A DNA stretch of 43,847 bases from Candidatus Hermodarchaeota archaeon (GTDB taxonomy: Archaea; Asgardarchaeota; Lokiarchaeia; Sigyniarchaeales; SOKP01): contig JBHLLO010000020.1 in NCBI GenBank assembly GCA_048885535.1, positions 1 to 43,847 of the forward strand. Direction: 5' to 3'. The notes below the pieces were generated by a model. The model saw nothing but the letters and a program-made list of their open reading frames with translations. It ran no database searches and was not told the DNA's origin. Below, one piece after another: positions 36,502 to 43,847 of the stretch. Each line of letters starts with the position of its first letter. Positions within the stretch are counted from its first letter, which is position 1. The position numbers and the translations under genes were made by a program.

Positions 36502-37359
36502 TCAATTTAAATTCCTTTTAATTTTTTCAAGTTCTTTCAAGGCAATCTCATATTCATCTTTATTAGGCGGTCTTCCATGAAATTTTTTCGTATGTTCCAT
36601 AAATGACACTTCTGAACCTTTAACTAAATAAGAGATAATAACTTTAGGTTTTTTCAAAATTGTTTTGGATCGTTCAAACGCGAGAATTGTTTCATTTATA
36701 TTTGAGCCATCTACTTCGATTACTTCCCAACCAAAAGCTTTCCATTTTTCAGCTAAAGGTTCTAAAGCCATAATTTCTTCTGTTGAACCATCAATTTGAA
36801 TTCCATTTCGATCAACAATTGCAATCAAATTCTCCAATTTGTAATGACTTGCAGCCATTGCGGCCTCCCATATTGCTCCTTCATTTAATTCTCCATCTCC
36901 TAATAATACAAACACAGAATTAGCCTTCTTATCAATTTTTGATGCTAATGCACAACCAACTCCAATAGATAAACCCATTCCTAAAGAACCAGTGGAAATC
37001 TCTATTCCTAAACTTGATTTTTTTACAGGATGTCCTTGTAAGTCAGATCCAAGTTTTCTGAGGGATAAGAGTGCTTCTCTTCTTATAAGCCCAATTTTAG
37101 ATAAAACGGCATATAAAGCTGGAGCTGCATGACCTTTACTCAAAATAAAGATGTCTCTTTCTTTCCATTGTAAATCCTCTTTGTTTATCCTCATAATTTT
37201 TGTATATAGTAAATAAAGAATACTTACACATGATAAAGAACCTCCTGGGTGCCCAGATTGCGCTTCATATATCATTTTTAAGATATCTTTTTTAAGATCT
37301 ATTATCTCCATTGAAATTTGTTTTACTTCATTATCTGAAATTACCACTAACTTAATCAC
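36502..37359 (-). CDS. Transketolase, N-terminal (TPP-binding) subunit
   Basis: SGHPGGSLS, LSKGHAAPALY, LQGHP, TGSLGMG, GDGELNEG..WEA, DRN. Confidence 0.94.
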   Translation of the reverse strand: MIKLVVISDNEVKQISMEIIDLKKDILKMIYEAQSGHPGGSLSCVSILYLLYTKIMRINKEDLQWKERDIFILSKGHAAPALYAVLSKIGLIRREALLSLRKLGSDLQGHPVKKSSLGIEISTGSLGMGLSIGVGCALASKIDKKANSVFVLLGDGELNEGAIWEAAMAASHYKLENLIAIVDRNGIQIDGSTEEIMALEPLAEKWKAFGWEVIEVDGSNINETILAFERSKTILKKPKVIISYLVKGSEVSFMEHTKKFHGRPPNKDEYEIALKELEKIKRNLN

Positions 37360-37365
37360 GAATTT

Positions 37366-38367
37366 TTATAATTTATTATTAAAAACAGTTGAAATGTATT
37401 TTGCTAAAATGTCTGAATTAAAAAATTCTACAGGGGGAAGGGAGGCAGAAAGTGCTGCTGCAGACATAGCAATCTTAACTCCCTCTAAAGCTGAAATCTT
37501 AGAGGCATAAACTAAACCTAATACCGCCATAATCGTACTACCAACAGCTACATAACTTCGAACAGGTTGGGTTAATAATGGCTTTATTCTTTCCACATTT
37601 TCCTGATCTTTAAAAAATAAATAGGAATCAGTTTCCAAATAATTTAGAAGGAGGTTTTTACATTTTGATGAATTTATAATACGTTTACCAGCAATAATAA
37701 TACTTGTTTCAGTACAGCAATCTATTGAAAAATTACTTAAGGCTTTTTGAAGATTTATTTTCATTAAATCAATGTCTTCATAAAGATAATAGTTTGAAAT
37801 ATTTGGACGGGCAATTATGGGCACATTCTTATAATTCTTTTTTAAGTTTTCTAACAATTTTATGATAAACTCATCTCTAAATAATTCTCCAGCACCATAG
37901 TCCAAGATGATGATAGAATCAATTTCTGTGAAATTTGATTGAATTAAGTTAAAAAAACTCTTAATAGTCTCTTTTGATATTTCCATTGAATAATCGGTCT
38001 CTAATCTTAATAAGTGTTGATTTTTTGCTTTAATTCGAGTAATCTGTGGAGTACTAATTTCACTATCTACAACTATATTCGCTGGATTGATATTTAGATC
38101 TTTCATCTTTTTAATGAAATAATTACCCTCATAGTCATCTCCTACAATGGTACATATATCTGGAACTCCGCCTAATGATTTAATAAATTGTAAAACTAAT
38201 CCAATCGCCCCTAAATATGTCTCATGACGTTCAATCTTTACATTTGGGACGGGAGCATCAGGAGAGATTTTATCCGCTTGTCCAAAAATATATCGATCAA
38301 TTAATGCTTCTCCAATTATTAGAACCTTTTTATTCTCCCACTTTGGTAATAAATCGATTAAAGCCAT
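37366..38367 (-). CDS. RfaE/HldE domain I (heptose-7-phosphate kinase)-like PfkB protein with degenerate catalytic motif
   Basis: VLIIGEALIDRY...KISPDAPVP (HldE: GD.MLD...RISPEAPVP), LLRLE, LDYGAG. The C-terminal DVTGAGD motif is replaced by SYVAVGS. Confidence 0.8.
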   Translation of the reverse strand: MALIDLLPKWENKKVLIIGEALIDRYIFGQADKISPDAPVPNVKIERHETYLGAIGLVLQFIKSLGGVPDICTIVGDDYEGNYFIKKMKDLNINPANIVVDSEISTPQITRIKAKNQHLLRLETDYSMEISKETIKSFFNLIQSNFTEIDSIIILDYGAGELFRDEFIIKLLENLKKNYKNVPIIARPNISNYYLYEDIDLMKINLQKALSNFSIDCCTETSIIIAGKRIINSSKCKNLLLNYLETDSYLFFKDQENVERIKPLLTQPVRSYVAVGSTIMAVLGLVYASKISALEGVKIAMSAAALSASLPPVEFFNSDILAKYISTVFNNKL

Positions 38368-38379
38368 TTTCAATCTTTC

Positions 38380-39036
38380 TTATTTTTTTAATTTTGCTTG
38401 TAGTTTTTCCCAATCTTTAAGAAAGGAGTCTAATCCTTCATCTGTTCTAGGGTGCTTAAACATTTTTTCAAGAACGCTGAAAGGGATTGTAGCAATATGA
38501 GCCCCCATCTTTGCTGCCTCAATTACATGCCTTGAATTCCTTACTGATGCCACAATGATTTCAGATTGAAAATCATATGCCTGGATAATCTGTATAGATT
38601 CCCACAACATATCAATTTCATCTTGACCATCATCCATCAACCTTCCAATAAAAGGGCTTATATAAGAAGCTCCAGCTTTGGCAGCTATTAACACTTGGTT
38701 TTGAGAAAATACTAATGTAACATTGGTCCTTATTCCTTCAGATTCAAGAATTTTCACAGCTTTGATACCATCCTTTGTCATAGGAATTTTTATAACAATG
38801 TTTGGTGCAATTTTTGCTAATTCTCTTGCTTCTCTTATCATCTCTTCAGTTTTCAACCCCACTACCTCCGCACTTACAGGACCATCAACAATTTTACATA
38901 TTTTTTTTAATTGTTCCATAGGTTCAGCGCCTTCTTTCGATAATAGAGTGGGGTTGGTAGTTACTCCGTCAATTATTCCCAAATCTTGCATTTCTTGAAT
39001 TTGTTCTAAATTAGCAGTATCTATAAAGAATTTCAT
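38380..39036 (-). CDS. tal: Transaldolase (short TalC/FSA family)
   Basis: [42 protein letters not shown]. Confidence 0.93.
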   Translation of the reverse strand: MKFFIDTANLEQIQEMQDLGIIDGVTTNPTLLSKEGAEPMEQLKKICKIVDGPVSAEVVGLKTEEMIREARELAKIAPNIVIKIPMTKDGIKAVKILESEGIRTNVTLVFSQNQVLIAAKAGASYISPFIGRLMDDGQDEIDMLWESIQIIQAYDFQSEIIVASVRNSRHVIEAAKMGAHIATIPFSVLEKMFKHPRTDEGLDSFLKDWEKLQAKLKK

Positions 39037-39066
39037 AATATTTTCACTTCACTAGTTTTTAATACT

Positions 39067-39630
39067 CTATAATTTTGAATCTATTTTTATATTTTTAGCA
39101 AATTCTAATAAATTATCAAAGATAAAATCAGGGATGATTTTATTTATTTTTTCTCTTTCTTCTTTCCCATAACCTGTTAAAACTAATACAGTTTGGCATT
39201 CTGCTGCTATTCCTGTTTCAATATCTTTTAATGTATCCCCTACCATAAATGATTCCCTTAAATTAATATTGTATATCTCTTTTGCTTTTAATATCATTCC
39301 TGGATTTGGCTTTCTGCAATTACATGGTCCAGTGAAATCAGGATGATGAGGGCAATAAAAAATGTCATCTAATTTTAAATTATTTTCATATAAGATTCTC
39401 TTCATCTTATTATGAATTTCGTTAAGAGTCTCTTCTGAGAAATAACCTCTAGCTATTCCTGCTTGATTAGTTATCACTATCAAAAGATAACCTAGATTTT
39501 TTAGAATTCTTATAGCTTCAATGGATCCTTCAATAAATTTAAAATTATCAGGGTCGGATAGGTGACTCACTTCTTCATTTATAACCCCATCTCTATCCAA
39601 GAAAATAGCTTTATTAGTATTTATCATCAT
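39067..39630 (-). CDS. gmhB: D-glycero-D-manno-heptose 1,7-bisphosphate phosphatase
   Basis: FLDRDGVIN, TNQAGIARG, CPHHP...CNCRKP, VGD...D; adjacent to gmhA. Confidence 0.92.
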   Translation of the reverse strand: MMINTNKAIFLDRDGVINEEVSHLSDPDNFKFIEGSIEAIRILKNLGYLLIVITNQAGIARGYFSEETLNEIHNKMKRILYENNLKLDDIFYCPHHPDFTGPCNCRKPNPGMILKAKEIYNINLRESFMVGDTLKDIETGIAAECQTVLVLTGYGKEEREKINKIIPDFIFDNLLEFAKNIKIDSKL

Positions 39631-39633
39631 TAA

Positions 39634-40200
39634 TTAACTAAAAAGTTCCTTTTCAACTAAATAACATATAATATGTCCAACTAAAATATGCCCCTCTTGA
39701 ATCCGAGGAGTATCAGTAGATGGAATCATAAGACAATAATCTACTATCTTTTCGATTTGATTTTCTTTTTGTCCGGTAAAACCAATCGTAATGGCACCCT
39801 TTTCTTTAGCTTTATTCAATCCTTTTATCACATTAGGAGAATTTCCTGATGTGCTTATTCCAATTACAATGTCTCCTTTTTCAACAAAAGAAGATACTTG
39901 TCTTTCAAATACAAATTCATATCCATAGTCATTAGCGGTCGCTGTAAGAACAGAAGTATTAGTGTGAAACGCTAAAGCTGGAAGCGATTCACGATCTTTG
40001 TAGAACTTACCCACAAATTCAGCAGCAATATGTTGGGCGTCTGCTGCACTACCACCATTTCCAAATAATACTACTTTCTTCTTGTTCTTATACCCATTAA
40101 TAATTTCTTTAGAAATCTGCGCTATAAGGGGCACTAATTTCTTAATTTCTTCCTTTACTCCAATACTTTCATTTATTATTGATATAATTTCATTTTCCAT
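39634..40200 (-). CDS. gmhA: Sedoheptulose-7-phosphate isomerase
   Basis: GNGGSAADAQH.AAE, TATANDYG, ISTSGNS.N, TPRIQEGH. Confidence 0.95.
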   Translation of the reverse strand: MENEIISIINESIGVKEEIKKLVPLIAQISKEIINGYKNKKKVVLFGNGGSAADAQHIAAEFVGKFYKDRESLPALAFHTNTSVLTATANDYGYEFVFERQVSSFVEKGDIVIGISTSGNSPNVIKGLNKAKEKGAITIGFTGQKENQIEKIVDYCLMIPSTDTPRIQEGHILVGHIICYLVEKELFS

Positions 40201-40236
40201 AAATATCATTTTAGTTAATATAATTAAGTCTTAAAC

Positions 40237-41244
40237 TTATAAATTCCAAACTTCTAATCCTTTAGGATTAAAGTGAAAATTTACAACAATTCCTCCAATT
40301 TTTTTCAATTCTTTTATAACTTCATGTTTTTTATCTGGATCAGAAAAAAGGAGTAAATGACCACCTCCTCCTGCACCAAGCAATTTCCCACCTATAACAC
40401 CAAATTTCCGTGATGTTAAATAGAAGTTTTCAACATTTTTGTTTGAGATTTTTGAACTAAGACTTTTTTTAGCTAGCCAACCTTTATGAAGAAGTTCACC
40501 AAATTCGCTTAACTTATTTATGTTTTTTGACTCAATTACTGCTTTCATTCCATGGGCAACATCTTTTAAATCTTGCATAGTATCAATAAATGATTTTCTT
40601 TCAACTTTATAACCTTCTAATACTTCATCTTGAATATCCGAGGAAAAATGTGAACCTCCTATATAACATAGAATTAATCGAAATTGTATTTCATTAAGAA
40701 TTTGCTCTGTTGTACTTATAGGGGTTACTTTCACTATGTCAGTAAATTCCATGAAATTAAAACCCCCATACGCAGCAGCAAATTGGTCCTGATAGCCACC
40801 TTTTTGTCTTAATTCAATTCTTTCAATATTATAAGCTTTTTGGGCAATTTCATGCCTTGTCAAATTCAATTGATAAAATTCATTAAACGCCCCAATAAGT
40901 GCAACAACTAAAGTAGAAGACCCACCCATTCCTGAACCTGCGGGTAAATCTGAAGAAACGCTAATATCAAATCCATTTGAAATCTTTAATACATTGATTG
41001 TTCCTTTGAATAGCTCATGACCTTCAGAATAATTATCGTCTCCAACACTGAACATATGTTGTTCATTAGAATCAGTAAAAACTACTTTTACCTTTGTATC
41101 ATCCCGAGGTGTAAGTGAAATATAAATATGACGATCTATTGCTGTGTTTATTACACATCCTCCATGTTCGGTGCAATAAGGGGGTAAATCTGTACCACCT
41201 CCTCCAAAACTTACTCTGAAAGGAGCTTTCGAACGTATTATCAT
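40237..41244 (-). CDS. hddA: GHMP kinase, D-glycero-alpha-D-manno-heptose-7-phosphate kinase (HddA)-like
   Basis: SKAPFRVSFGGGGTD, PAGSGMGGSS, GGYQDQFAAAYGGFN, GGKLLGAGGGG. Confidence 0.88.
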   Translation of the reverse strand: MIIRSKAPFRVSFGGGGTDLPPYCTEHGGCVINTAIDRHIYISLTPRDDTKVKVVFTDSNEQHMFSVGDDNYSEGHELFKGTINVLKISNGFDISVSSDLPAGSGMGGSSTLVVALIGAFNEFYQLNLTRHEIAQKAYNIERIELRQKGGYQDQFAAAYGGFNFMEFTDIVKVTPISTTEQILNEIQFRLILCYIGGSHFSSDIQDEVLEGYKVERKSFIDTMQDLKDVAHGMKAVIESKNINKLSEFGELLHKGWLAKKSLSSKISNKNVENFYLTSRKFGVIGGKLLGAGGGGHLLLFSDPDKKHEVIKELKKIGGIVVNFHFNPKGLEVWNL

Positions 41245-41375
41245 AAAAAATATTAGGTTTCTGATTTTAATTCTTAATTTTTACTTGGATAAGTAATAAT
41301 AAATAATATAATATTAAAACTGATTTAATTTTTGAATTAAAAGCGTAATCAATAGAATCGAAAATCAAAAGTTAA

Positions 41376-43847
41376 TTATGATTGTCGTTTAAACTCGAAT
41401 TCTATTAATTTGACATCTTTTTCTTTTATTTTTGTCTCACAGTAAGGACATTTTACTTCTGATTGTTTTTTAAACCGTGAAATAATATTATCCTTTAATG
41501 ATGCTGAACATTCCTTGTTAGGACAGATGTGTAACTGACCAGATACTTTTTCTTTTTCCTTTTTTAAATTTTGGTTGATAACACGTACATTTTCTGCCGT
41601 CACCTTCTCTGAAATCAAATCTTTATTCTTATCAAGATAATTCTTTAAATAATCTGTCTTAGCCCCTATTGTTAATTCGATATTTTCTCCAACATTGTAT
41701 TTATTTCTCTTTCGAGAATATTGTATATTCCTAATTAAATCATTAACCACTCTTTCAGCTAAAAGTCCATCATCTAAACTGACATCTAAATAGATATTAC
41801 AGTATTTTGTTTCCATTTTTAATAATTTTTTAGTATCTTTCACTGATTTTGATACGACTAAATCTTTCACATTTCCAATCTGTTTGATTATATCAGGGAA
41901 TTCTATCTCAGGCATTCCTTCTTTAGGTTCAATGATTAATCTTTTGTTTGGCCATCGTAACCTAATGTTATTTTCATCCTTTAATGCTCTTACATTTTCT
42001 ATTAAATCTCTTATGAAAATCATCTGGTTTTCCAAATCTATATCAATCAATTTTTCATTAAACTCCGGCCAATCTAGCAAGTGTAAACTCTTTGTTTCAA
42101 TTAATCCCATTGATTTTAAATGATTTTTAAACATTTTCAAGAATAATTCTTCTGCCATCATAGGATTAACAGGTGCTAATAATAGTAAATAATTATATAG
42201 TACGTGGTATAAAACCGCCATTATTTGCATTTTATTTGGGTCTTCAGAATAAACGTCAAGTTTTTCCCGGTTTAGCATTATATACCATCTGCTTATGTCA
42301 TTAACTGCTAAATCCCTCAATTCACCCGTAATCCATGGGAGTTGGTACTCATCCGAGAGTTGGGTTATTTTCTTTATTGTAGAATTTAATCTGGATAATA
42401 TCCATTTATCCAATTTATTAATTTTTTTCATATCGAATTTAAATTTTGATGGATCAAATCCTGCTAAATTGAACTTTTCATTAGCATACACGTAAATATT
42501 CCATATTGTATTGAGAATCTTGTAAGTATCAGTATATTCTTTAAGGCTGAAATTGAAATCTCGACCTGGTTGAGTCACTCCTATGCAGTAAAATCTAAAA
42601 GTCTCCGCTCCTTTAATATTCGATAAAGATTTATTTCTTTGGAGTTCAGGCACATCCCCGGTGATAAGGTCTTCAGGACTTACTACCTTTCCCTTTGATT
42701 TACTCATCTTAGCTCGCTCTAATAAAACCCATCCATGCATAAAACAAGCATTATAGTTTTTCTTGCCTGACGATATCATTGCACTGCTAAGTAAACTATT
42801 AAACCATCCTCTTATTTGATCCTTTCCTTCTATTATAAAATCTAATGGAACCCAAGTATCATAATGACTTTCACCATCATAGACTTCTTGAGCGGCCCAC
42901 ACGACTGAGCCAGAATCTAACCATACGTCTGAAATATCAGGAATTCTTCTTTTTGTACCTTCATTACATTTTTTACATTTCCACGTAACTCTATCAATCC
43001 AAGGTCTATGTAAATCCTCTGGACATTCTCCCGCTATTTCTTCTAATTCTTTACTTGAGCCTATTACTGTGATATCCTCACAATCCTCATTATCACATAT
43101 CCAAATACTTAAAGGGATACCCCAGAAACGTTGTCGTGATATACACCAATCTTTTAAAGTTGATAACCAACTTTTAAACCATCGATTTCCAGCCCAATCA
43201 GGAATCCAATATATTCCTTCATTCTCTTTAAGCAATTCAGGAATAAGACTTTCTGTTTTAAAAAACCATTGATTTGTTGCTCTATATACTAGTTTTGAAT
43301 CACATCTCCAACAATGAGCATATTCATGTTCTATTTCATTAGTGAGAATAAGAGTGCCTTTTTTATCTAAAACATCCAAGATTTGTTCATTTGCATCAAA
43401 AACATTCATTCCTGCAAATTGACCCGCTTCCTTTTTATAAATACCTCTAATATTCACAGGATTGAAAACAGGTATCCCGTTTTCCACACCAACTTCAAAA
43501 TCTTCTGGCCCATGTCCCGGTGCTGAATGAACTAAACCTACTCCTTCTGACGCTGATACATATTTCTCAGAAAGTACTATAGAATGGACTTTTTCACTTT
43601 GTCTAGAAAGTTCCCACTGATAAGGAACTTCATCTAATAAAGGATGGATATATTTCTTACCCTCTAATTCTTCTCCCAAAAAATCCTCTACTATTTTGTA
43701 CTTATAACTTAATTCACCTGAAATTAAATGAGTTATAGAAGCTTTTGATAATATCCAATATTCTTTAAGATCCTCTACATAAACCTTAGCATACTCCGCT
43801 GTTGGATTTGCCATTATTGCTGAATTTGCTACTAATGTCCACGGAGT
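41376..43847 (-). CDS. ileS: Isoleucine--tRNA ligase (archaeal/eukaryotic type), 5'-truncated by the window end
   Basis: The frame is open to the window end (TPWTLVAN at 43847). GLVHSAPGHG.ED, HCWRC, DWCISRQRFWG, EGKDQIRGWF, KMSKS. Confidence 0.96.
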   Translation of the reverse strand, partial: TPWTLVANSAIMANPTAEYAKVYVEDLKEYWILSKASITHLISGELSYKYKIVEDFLGEELEGKKYIHPLLDEVPYQWELSRQSEKVHSIVLSEKYVSASEGVGLVHSAPGHGPEDFEVGVENGIPVFNPVNIRGIYKKEAGQFAGMNVFDANEQILDVLDKKGTLILTNEIEHEYAHCWRCDSKLVYRATNQWFFKTESLIPELLKENEGIYWIPDWAGNRWFKSWLSTLKDWCISRQRFWGIPLSIWICDNEDCEDITVIGSSKELEEIAGECPEDLHRPWIDRVTWKCKKCNEGTKRRIPDISDVWLDSGSVVWAAQEVYDGESHYDTWVPLDFIIEGKDQIRGWFNSLLSSAMISSGKKNYNACFMHGWVLLERAKMSKSKGKVVSPEDLITGDVPELQRNKSLSNIKGAETFRFYCIGVTQPGRDFNFSLKEYTDTYKILNTIWNIYVYANEKFNLAGFDPSKFKFDMKKINKLDKWILSRLNSTIKKITQLSDEYQLPWITGELRDLAVNDISRWYIMLNREKLDVYSEDPNKMQIMAVLYHVLYNYLLLLAPVNPMMAEELFLKMFKNHLKSMGLIETKSLHLLDWPEFNEKLIDIDLENQMIFIRDLIENVRALKDENNIRLRWPNKRLIIEPKEGMPEIEFPDIIKQIGNVKDLVVSKSVKDTKKLLKMETKYCNIYLDVSLDDGLLAERVVNDLIRNIQYSRKRNKYNVGENIELTIGAKTDYLKNYLDKNKDLISEKVTAENVRVINQNLKKEKEKVSGQLHICPNKECSASLKDNIISRFKKQSEVKCPYCETKIKEKDVKLIEFEFKRQS

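Noticed and set aside
1866-43272. About 25 short ORFs (60-132 aa) antisense to or inside long genes, e.g. 1866-2051, 6908-7126, 10510-10794, 26482-26787, 31873-32271, 38723-38998
   Set aside because: Wholly or almost wholly overlapping confidently identified genes, with Ile/Ser/Phe-rich shadow composition and no motifs.
1-43847. tRNA, rRNA, CRISPR array, transposase, integrase or defence genes
   Set aside because: No GC-rich structured RNA-like tract, regularly spaced repeat array or recognisable motif was seen by eye. tRNAscan-SE and Infernal were not run.

Overview
AT-rich, densely coding archaeal chromosomal segment. It is most consistent with an Asgard (Lokiarchaeia-like) genome, inferred from archaeal-type TyrRS/PheRS/IleRS/PPAT, DUF1512, a Vps29-like protein, a multi-PAS histidine kinase and zinc-ribbon membrane proteins. 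The left half (1-20.9 kb) is mixed housekeeping and signalling: partial Fe-ADH, two SCP2-like proteins, Vps29-like phosphoesterase, tyrS, histidine kinase plus receiver, ppdK, NagD-like HAD, a CBS-membrane / RGG-membrane-zinc-ribbon gene pair, DUF1512, coaD, pheS-pheT-chorismate mutase and a bacterial-type RNase PH. The right half (21-41.3 kb) is a cell-surface glycan locus with 3 glycosyltransferases, a flippase, a PAPS-type sulfotransferase and five alkaline-phosphatase-superfamily proteins. It abuts an 8-gene operon that joins the non-oxidative pentose phosphate pathway (tal, split tkt, rpe) to heptose activation (hddA, gmhA, gmhB and a catalytically degenerate HldE-kinase homologue). A partial ileS closes the window. 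The most notable signals are: (i) three genes (pheT and two paralogous AlkP genes) whose conserved N-termini can only be translated from non-canonical ATT/ATA starts behind Shine-Dalgarno motifs; (ii) the heptose/sulfation/AlkP glycan-tailoring locus; (iii) a two-pass membrane protein with a fibrillarin-like RGG tail. I recognised no tRNA, rRNA, CRISPR array or transposase. All family calls come from motif recognition by eye, not from database searches.
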